From assembly GCF_036321535.1 (NCBI RefSeq), contig NC_087437.1, positions 21,082,001 through 21,146,000 on the forward strand: a DNA stretch of 64,000 nt. The letters are read 5' to 3'. The translations under genes and the position numbers were made by a program. This DNA comes from Camelus dromedarius (lineage: Eukaryota). Every line of letters starts with the position of its first letter. The stretch's first letter is position 1. The notes below the pieces were generated by a model. That model had not been told where the DNA came from. It worked only from the letters and a program-made list of their open reading frames with translations, and ran no database searches. Shown one piece after another: positions 55,540-64,000 of this stretch.

Positions 55540-56230
55540 CACTTCATTTATTTATTCTTTACTCACTTCTTTCTTTCATATATATTTATTAAATGCCTAC
55601 TATGTGCCAGGCCCTGTTCTAGACTTCGGTGAGCAATGAATTCCTGCCTTCCAGGGGCTTTCTCCCTAGTGGAGAATGACAGACAGTAAGTCAACAACAA
55701 CTTCAAAAAGAAGTAAAATATATACTATTATATATTAGATGGGGGTTATACTTAAGAAAAAAATAAAGCAAGAAAAGGAGATAATGTGTGTATGTCGGGG
55801 GCAGGGGCTGCAATTTCAGTTAGAGCTGCCAGGGAGAGCTGTACTGAGAAGGGATATTTGAGTAAAGACCCAAAGGAGGGAGGGAGCAAGCCATGTAAAC
55901 ATCTGGGTGACGCACATTCCAGGTAAATGGATCAGCAAGTGCAGGGGCCGTAAGGCAGGAGCCTACCCGGTGTTCCAGCACCAGTCCGGCAGCCAGCATG
56001 GCTGGAATCGGGTGAGAGGGAACGCAAAAGTAATATGACAAAAATTCTGAGAAGTAAGCATGGAGGGCAGGGGGACTACTCGACAATTATGAGGACTTTA
56101 GTTTTTAACTCTATTGAGATGGAAAGGCATTTGAGAATTTTAAGCAGAGAAGTGACCTAATCTGACCCACATCTTACCAGCTCTATGTAGAAAACAGATT
56201 AGAGAGGAGCAAGGGCAGAAGCAGGGAGGC
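55540..56230 (-). mobile_element. L2 3' fragment
   Basis: 'atttattaaatgcctactatgtgccaggccctgttctag' end and 'ttttaagcagagaagtgac' motifs. Confidence 0.7.
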
Positions 56231-56259
56231 TAGTTAGGGAGTTTTCTGTGGAAAAATTA

Positions 56260-58030
56260 AACAGAGCCTTTCAGCAGACCCAGGGCACCCAGCAGTGAGG
56301 GTGAGGTGAGAAGCTGCAAAGAGGAGGATCAAGGAAAATTCTGCACATGAAACAGTTGGGACTCAGACTTTACCATCATCCAAGCCTCCTGTGTCTGCCC
56401 TGCTTCCAGAAGACTGATAGCCAGGTAGAAGGCTGGGGTATTCTTTGAGAAACTGAATAGCCCCAGAGAAAGGAATTCAAGATGCTGACGGCTGGCCAGC
56501 CCTTCACTATTCAAAGAAGCCTAGCAGGTAAGCAAGGAACTTACCGTCGCATATACAGGAGCTTCCCGTCGGCCTCTGGACGTCTCCTGCTTCACTGTGA
56601 ACAGAAAGCTGACAATCTACAGACACACGAGGCAATCTGCCAACACAGGAAACCAAGCCTGAAACAGAGAGAAAAAAGGAACCCTGAAGATACAGAGACA
56701 ATGCAGAAAATTTTAAAAGAAATTAGTTATAACACCCTTAGTGAAACAGAATACAGTGCATCTGTAAAACAAGAAAGTAAAAATGACAGCCAAGGTAAAA
56801 ATTTCAGAACAAATGCCTAAAGATGAAGTCAAGAAAATCTTTAATGAGTAAAACAAAAGATGGAGATGAAAAATTGGTGAGAAAATACAAGAGATAGAGG
56901 TTCAGTCTAAGAGCACCGGTATCTAACTCATTGTTTCAGAAAGAAAGTACAGAGAAAAGGGAGGAAAGGGGATTATCAAAGGAACAAATCAAGAATGTTC
57001 CCAGAACCAAGGGACATAAATCTGCGTGCAACTGAGAGAGGAGCCCCCTGAGTGCTCAGCACAGTGCAAGATAAACTGTATATCATCATGGCATTTCAGA
57101 ACTCTAGGAATAAAGGGGACATCCCAAAAACATACAAAAAGAAAAAAAAGATTGCATACCAAGGACTGAGAATCAGAAGGACCTCAGACTTTCTATGGAA
57201 AGCTGAAGGCCGAGGGGCACTGCCATGACAACCCTATGAGACTACACATTCCCAACCCCTAACCGAGTATGAGGACAGACCAACGATGTTTTCCACACAC
57301 AAGGACTCAAACTCTGTACCTCTATTCTCAGGAAGCATCCGGAGAACATGCTTGAGCAAAATGAGGGAATAAACCACAAAGACAAAGAACACAGAATCTA
57401 GCAACCAGCAGAACCAATACAGAAAAGGGAGTCCCAAATGGTGGTTGAGGGTCAGACCTAGTCCAAAGTGGAGCAGAAAACCGTAAGACTCTGGATAGGA
57501 GGAATACCAGGGTAAAAACTAAACTAATGGAGCACTGAAAAGGCTTACATATTTTGAAAGAAATACTGAGAGGTATATGAGAAAGAAACTTGGGGGAAAT
57601 AGGTACATAGAAAACTATGCAAATGAGAAAAAAAGGGCAATTATTAATTCAGGCAAAAAGAAAGTTATACAAGAAAAAGGAACATAATAAACAAAAGTGT
57701 ATGATCATACCAGTGAACACAATGTGTTGATTTAACTAAAAATTGTAATATATCTCTACTGGAAGGTTTGGTGAGTGGAAACAACAACAGTCAATATGTA
57801 AAATTTAAAACAGAAATGTCAATAAGTAATATAGCAAGTACTTAGTTTGAAGTAAGGCAATAAACATGAAAAACAGGTGAATGAGTTGAAAGCATTTGTC
57901 CCTTGAGAAGAGCGCTGAGGCTGCTGAGATGAGGGGTAAGGGTCTGTTATAAATTATAAATTATAAATTTTTAGCCCTATTTCATTGTTTAGCTGTATGT
58001 ATACATCACTTTGATGGAAATATTTTTAGA
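56260..58030 (+). mobile_element. Very old L1M/HAL1-like ORF1 region
   Basis: A-rich strand with decayed ORF1 motifs ('gaatcagaaggacctcagactttct'). Confidence 0.5.
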
Positions 58031-60315
58031 GAATTGAAAAGTGCATAGCTTTCTCACCAATGCCATTCGTTGTCATGTAACTCATCTCAATTTCTAACAC
58101 TAATCTTAAATTATCTCAGCTTCCGCTAAGGAATCAGAGGCCTCAACACTATGAGGCATTGAAGAATTCTACCTAGAACTTTATAAGGAAAAAAAGTGAA
58201 GAGGATAATTAAAAGTGTGGTGTTCAGGGAACATGAGTCTTTTGTGAGTCTGGGTGCCACAGGAATACTGCGAGGACTCAGGCTGGGCCCCACACCACAC
58301 TGATGGCCCATCAAGTGGTCTCCAGCCCCTGACACTTGTCACAGCCTAAGCCGCACATCCCACACTTCCTCCTGACCTTCTCAGTGGTCAAGACTGTGGA
58401 CCTTGTTTTCCTATTGCAGACCTTGCCCTCCTCTACTTTGGATCTAATTTCTTTTTCTTTTCTTTTTAAACTCTGAGCTTTGTTTCTCTCCTTGACCATG
58501 ATTTATACTATCTGCTATTAAATTCTGCATCAGTTACAGATAATGTTTGGCCCTGTGTAACAGAACCAGCTACAGTGACTTAATCAGGTAGAGGAAGGGT
58601 AGGCAGGTAACAGACACTTTACTGTGTCATCTGTGTCCCAGTTTCCTCTCTCTTTCTCCACCTTCAACCTTAGCAAGTGGCTTTTATCCTCATGGTTGCA
58701 AAGTGGCTGCTTTGCCTGTAGCCTCCCATTTCCATCCCACACCAGAAGGAAGGGACAATGAGAAAGTACTGGTACCAGTGTGACAAAATCTCAGGAATCC
58801 CCAGCATAGTTCTGCCTATGTCTAGTTGGTCAGAAGCTTGTCACATGTCCACCTCCTATGCCAAGGAAGACTGGAAAAATAGTTTTTTTAGCTGGGCAAA
58901 TAGCTGCCTTAAAAAAACAAAAAGAGTCCTTTTAACAAAGAAGAAGAGGAGAAAAGATACCAGGGCAGGGATCTAGCTGTCTTTGCCTCAAACCATTCTA
59001 TTATTTTTCTTTTACTATTTGGGGATTTTTTTGAAGTATAGTTAATTTACAATGTTGTGCTAATTTCTGGTGTACAGCATAGTGATTCAGTTACACATAT
59101 ATATATATTCCTTTTCATATTCTTTTCCATTATAGGCTATTACAAGGTATTGAATATAGTTCCCTGCCTCAAACTCTTTTAGATTGCTATAGATGAGTCG
59201 GTCAGCCAGTCTTTTTGTACCCTAGACCTTGTCAAAGGCCCTTGAAGCCAGCGGCCCCTCCAGAGTGGCCCAGGTGAGACACTAAGGTCTTTATTAGACA
59301 TTTGGTGTGTCCCCTTGAGTCAGCTAGCAGACCTGCATCTACATAACCTGCTGCTCTCCAAGGGAATATGGAAGACACACACCTGGGCCAAAAGTAGACT
59401 CAGGAAACATGAGCGGCTACTGCACAACTTCCCAATCTAGGAAGGACCCTGGGAGATGATTACCTTAGATTTTATTATGGACCAACCAGAGCAAACCCCC
59501 CACCTTGATTTTCCGTGAGGAGCCATGGGATGGAAGGACCCTCTAACACACCAAGTACCAATAAGCACTGCTCACTGGAAGACAATATCCAACTAGGATA
59601 CTAACTTTGCTTCTCTTCCAAGCATATGTGTACCACCCAGACCCTCAGTGACCCATATTCTGGCCCTTTCCAAGTCCTGAAATTATAAACTGTACTGTCA
59701 TACCTCCAACTCTGTCAGCCTCCACCACCCTTTATTGTGCCCAGCTTGATTCTATCCCACATCCTTACAACCATTTTCATGTTTCAACCTCAATTCAAAT
59801 CCAGGTTGTTACCTGTACTTCTGACCAACTGGCTGTAAATCAGAGTCTCCCACGACCGCCTCCTTGGGTTCAATTAATTTTCTAAAGCAGCTCACAGGAC
59901 TCAGTTCACTCACTAGACTTAAAGATGGAGAGCCGATAACGTAATGAGAGGTGATGAATGACAAGATCAGAATTTTGCTTTCAGATGATTAATCTGGAAG
60001 CAGGGTCCAGGACAGATTTGAGACTGAGGAGGTCTACGGTTAGGAAGACCATTTAGAAGGCTACTTTAACCATCCAGGTAAAAGATATGACAGTGGGAAC
60101 AGAAAAGAAAGGACTAGTATAGGAAGTTATTACAGAAATAAATTATTATGACCACTCACATCAAGAAGATGTAAGGAAAGGGTATTAGGTGAAAGGAAAG
60201 TTGCTCAGTTAATAAGAATATGAGAGAATGCCCCACTCAGAAGGCCAAGGCCCAGTCCATCAAATGGAATTGTGAGATATCCTACCCACTTACTATTATG
60301 TTCTTCTCCCCTCAG

Positions 60316-60429
60316 GTAAACTGCCAGTCTTAAAAATTACAGTCACTCCCCAGATCTCTTCAGACACCTTCAGATCTATTTGGGAAAACAGCAAGAAATC
60401 TAGTATTACTCGTAAAAAGAAGAAAAAAA
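60316..60429 (+). CDS. LRR protein coding exon 9 (alternative donor at 60453)
   Basis: ttcttctcccctcag acceptor. (G)KLPVLKITVTPQISSDTFRSIWENSKKSSITRKKKKK. Donor gtatgc at 60430 or gtgagt at 60454, both phase 1. Confidence 0.82.
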
Positions 60430-60461
60430 GTATGCTGTTAGATACCTGTGCTGGTGAGTAG

Positions 60462-60480
60462 TAGCCACCAGGGGGCGCTG
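60462..60480 (+). promoter_or_regulatory. CTCF binding motif
   Basis: TAGCCACCAGGGGGCGCTG contains the full CCACCAGGGGGCGC core. Confidence 0.75.
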
Positions 60481-60893
60481 TTTGGAGCCTGGGCACTAGG
60501 CTGGGGTCAGTGGTGCCTTGACTAACACATTTCGCACTTGATAAGATCACCAGCATTCAGATCTGGGTAACATTCCCCTAAAGCATCATTCCATTCTCAT
60601 GGATGGTGATTGTACCAAAAGACCACAGAGAACAAGATAGTTCTCGCAAACATTAGTGGAAACCATACCTTCTCTCCTCACACCTCCCCACCGCAACCCC
60701 AACACACACACACACCCTGGTTCTGGTTAGCCTATCTATGGATCTAAGATGGTGAATTTACCTACCTCAACTCTTTATAAAGCTGTACTGCCTCTTAGGG
60801 GGTTATGATTTACACATGCTTACTCTCTATCATATGAAGCTGAACTTCTTTTTCTTTTTTTCTATTTATGATTTCCTGTTCATCTTTTCACAG

Positions 60894-60898
60894 GCTAA
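60894..60898 (+). CDS. LRR protein terminal exon (last codon + TAA), followed by a 3'UTR to ~61150
   Basis: Very long polypyrimidine tract ending cacag|60894. Phase 1 gives (A)GC TAA. Variant PAS AGTAAA at 61123-61128 is followed by U/GU-rich sequence. Confidence 0.6.
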
Positions 60899-62388
60899 AA
60901 ACTGAATATGGATGCCATATCTCCATATGGATTCTATCTACTTCCATGGCCAGCCAGACATGCCTGGAAAGATATTCATTGTTCTATGATAATACTTTTC
61001 ACTGTAACCAAGCCCCTTTCAAGTTCTAAAATTTGATTAAGACTATTTTATGAAAGTTCAAAGTACTACTAGTCCTATCAGGCTTGTCATTTTCTAAAAT
61101 GTGGATTTCACAAGTAGGCCTTAGTAAAAATCAGTGGGGTCCTTCTCTGGGGCTTCTTCTCTTGTGCATGTGAAATTTTTAATTTGAAAAAAGTCATGAT
61201 CTTTATCTAAGAGAGAAAGAATCTTCTTTCCCAAATTATCTATAGTTGGGAACAACAGGAATTTGGGGAAATAACCACTTTCTAAAAGATAGCATCCCTA
61301 AAAATGGGGATCTTCCCCAAATGAACAAACTTCTGATGACTCGACTCCCTACCTTTACTAAGATTTCAGACAGCTCCATGGGAAATGGAAGAGGTGTCGC
61401 TGATCAATTCATGGATGATAAATTGGATTAGTTAAGTTGAATATGGTACAGGGATGAAAGGCATGGACTGGGCAATTAGATGAACCAGAATTCTCTGTGG
61501 CAGCCTGCTGCTTTCCATGTGACCTTGGGCAAGTCAGTTAACCTTACTATGCCTCAGTTTCTCCTTATGTAGGATACAGGTAAGAACAGCACCTATCTCA
61601 TTTGGTGAGCACTGGATAAGGTGACACATGTCAAGCATTTTAGGACAAGACCTGTTTCACAGTACGTTTTCAAAAGTAAATATTAGTGGCTGGTATTATT
61701 GTTGACATTAGAATGGAGTCATTTCAGTTATTTCACTTAGAACCGCTAAACAAGAAAAACAGAAAAAAGAAAAAAAAAAGACTTAAGACCTCTACAGCAA
61801 GATATCTCCACCCACTTCCTGGCTTCCAAGACCTCCCATCTCCCCCAGTTCAAACTTCACCTCTTCCATGAGGCTTTTCCTCACTACATCAGTCCTAAGG
61901 AATGTTTCTGTCCCTCACAGCACTTAACACACCACTCAACAAACAGCACACATTAGCATCTAGCCAAATGTGACCCCGTGTCCACATTTATATTTTACGT
62001 ATGTATGCATACTTGGCTCCCCTGCCAGATTTCTGGAGTTTGGTTAGCCCTGATCCAGGCACAAGGCCAGACACCAGGAATATAAGGGGATGAGGAGGCC
62101 CAGTAAGAAGAGGTGCGAGGCTTTGAACCCCAAATCTGACACAGCAGGTGTCCACCACTAGGTGGTAGTGGTAACCAGCCATCTTCTTAGGCTCTCTGTG
62201 CCTCAGCTTTCTTATCTTTTAAATGGAGATGTTGTCTGCTTTGCTTGGGAAAAAATAATATGACCCCAGGCTAGCAACAGAACTTGGGTTTCAAAACTGT
62301 CACCTTTACCGAACAGCAGTGGGCTCTTTAAGTTACTCACTTTTCTGGACCTCATTACTCCTACATATACAAGGAGGTTAAACTATAT

Positions 62389-62774
62389 CAGAGTTCTCAG
62401 ACTGTGGTCCCCAGGGTTCCCGGTAACTTTTCAGGGGACGGACAAGGTCAAAACTATTTGCATAACAACATTCACAGCTTTTCACTCTCTCGTGAGTGTA
62501 CTGTGGAGTTTTACAGAACCTACACAGTATGTGATAGCTTTGTTCTAATAACTTGTAATGAATGAGTTTATCACTGTTATTTTTAAGTGAATTAATACAT
62601 TTAAATTTTTTCCAGTTTTCTTAAAAAGTAAATACATGTGTGTATGTATATATGTACACACACATATTTCATATATATATACATATATATATCTCCATCC
62701 TTCGAAAACAAAAATGTCTTAATAATCTTTAAGTGTAAAGGGGTCCTGAGACCAAAAACTTTTGAGAACCTCTG
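62389..62774. mobile_element. hAT-Charlie MITE
   Basis: Imperfect TIRs cagagttctca ... tgagaacctctg, internal 'ggtcaaaactattt' motif. Confidence 0.6.
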
Positions 62775-62979
62775 AACCAGACTTCTATAAGGTCCCAAAG
62801 TCATTCATTCACTCAACAAGTAACTGCCCCTCCTGAGGCCGGGCATTTTTACATACCAAGGACAAATCACACAGGGTCCCCGCTCCGACGGCGTTTACAT
62901 TTGGGAGGAATGAGGCAAACAAATATCAAGACAACTTCGAGAGTAGTAAGTGTCACAAAGGCATAAAGCAGGACACGTG

Positions 62980-63720
62980 CTTCCTGCACAGTATAGCCTC
63001 GCACCGAAAGGCGCCCAGCCCTCGTCATGGAGTGGACCCCGAGGCCTCGGCCCTCGTGCTTGGCCAACCCCGGAGGCGCGGGGTTGAGGGGGGCGCGAGG
63101 GCGCGGGGAGGCCGGGATGCAGAGGGCGCGGGCGTAAGGTGACGTCACTGGGCCGCGTCAGCCAATCGCCGGCGGCCCCCGTCGTAGGCCCTGCGGTGGC
63201 CCGCGGCCTGCGGGCGGCGCTGTGGCACGTCAGACGGCCCCACGGAGCCGCCATAGCCGCCCGCCTCCCGCGACCCAACGTCTCCGCCGCCGGCCCCGCG
63301 CCGCCGCCATGGCCGACGTGGAAGACGGCGAGGAACCGTGCGCCCTGTCCTCTCACTCCGGGAGCTCAGGATCCAAGTCGGGGGGAGACAAAATGTTCTC
63401 TCTCAAGAAGTGGAACGCGGTGGCCATGTGGAGCTGGGACGTGGAGTGCGATACATGCGCCATCTGCAGGGTCCAGGTGATGGGTAAGCGCTGCACGCGA
63501 GGCCCCGGCCGCGCTGCGGCCTCCGAGGGCCCGGCTCCGGGCTTGGGGAACGGACCAAGCCTCGGAGAGACTGTTCCCGGGCGAGTCGGGGCGGGGTTGC
63601 CCTGCCTCGGCGCCCGGGGAACCGGCGGTTACGCCGGTGTTGCAGCTGGTTGGAGGGCTGCGGCCGCCGCCTTGGGGCCCTGGGGTCTTTTAGCAGGCGT
63701 CCAGCGCCGGAGACTGGTAT
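62980..63720 (+). promoter_or_regulatory. RNF7: CpG-island promoter of RNF7 with CRE (63140-63147) and CCAAT box (63162-63166)
   Basis: High CpG density, palindromic TGACGTCA and gCCAATc 140-170 bp upstream of the ATG, no TATA box seen. Confidence 0.85.
63309..63483 (+). CDS. RNF7: RING-box protein 2 (RBX2/SAG/ROC2), exon 1; the rest of the gene lies beyond the window
   Basis: Perfect Kozak gccgcc[62 protein letters not shown]. Donor G|gtaagc after 175 nt. Confidence 0.98.
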
Positions 63721-64000
63721 TTTGGGGAGAGAAACGGGTGGTAAGCAGGGCAGTTAACCAAGGAAATTTCAAGTAGTAATGGGTGCGAACAAGATAATAA
63801 AAGTAGATTTGATGGGAGCGGGGAGGAACCACTTCGGTTTGTGTGACCAGCCCCGGCACCCTTTTCTAAAAGCAAACAGCAGGGAGGTCAGGGTCAAGAC
63901 CCTGAGTCAGCGGGTCACTGTGATGGTTCTGGTGATGCTCTGGAATCATCGTCCACAAAAACGGCCCTTAGTCGTGCTCTGGAGAGGTGCAGGGAAGAAG

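Noticed and set aside
23490..60898. Assignment of the LRR gene to NLRP/NLRC or RNH1
   Set aside because: No NACHT or PYD exon was found, exon sizes are not the regular 171-nt or 84-nt LRR modules, and an in-frame stop precedes the ATG.
63222..63776. 184-aa ORF spanning the RNF7 start
   Set aside because: It is RNF7 exon 1 extended by a non-ATG upstream start and read-through of GC-rich intron 1.

Overview
Mammalian genomic DNA, most likely from a camelid given four copies of a tRNA-derived SINE resembling Vic-1. The window is mostly interspersed repeats: a near full-length decayed LINE-1 at 1-5770, L1/L2/MIR fragments, MaLR/ERV LTRs and hAT MITEs. It also has an RPL9 processed pseudogene (~10380-11088) and ends in the CpG-island promoter and first coding exon of RNF7 (RBX2/SAG). 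The main result is a spliced + strand gene that the ORF track shows only in fragments. I reconstructed 10 coding exons by hand (23490-60898). All introns are GT-AG and phase-compatible, giving one uninterrupted 407-aa ORF. It encodes a ribonuclease-inhibitor-type leucine-rich-repeat protein with a Pro-rich/polybasic insertion and a polybasic tail. It is probably transcribed from a CpG island at ~18.5-19.15 kb through a non-coding first exon, and it ends ~2.4 kb upstream of the RNF7 ATG, with two CTCF-like motifs near the junction. Repeat family names are from pattern recognition, not a database search.
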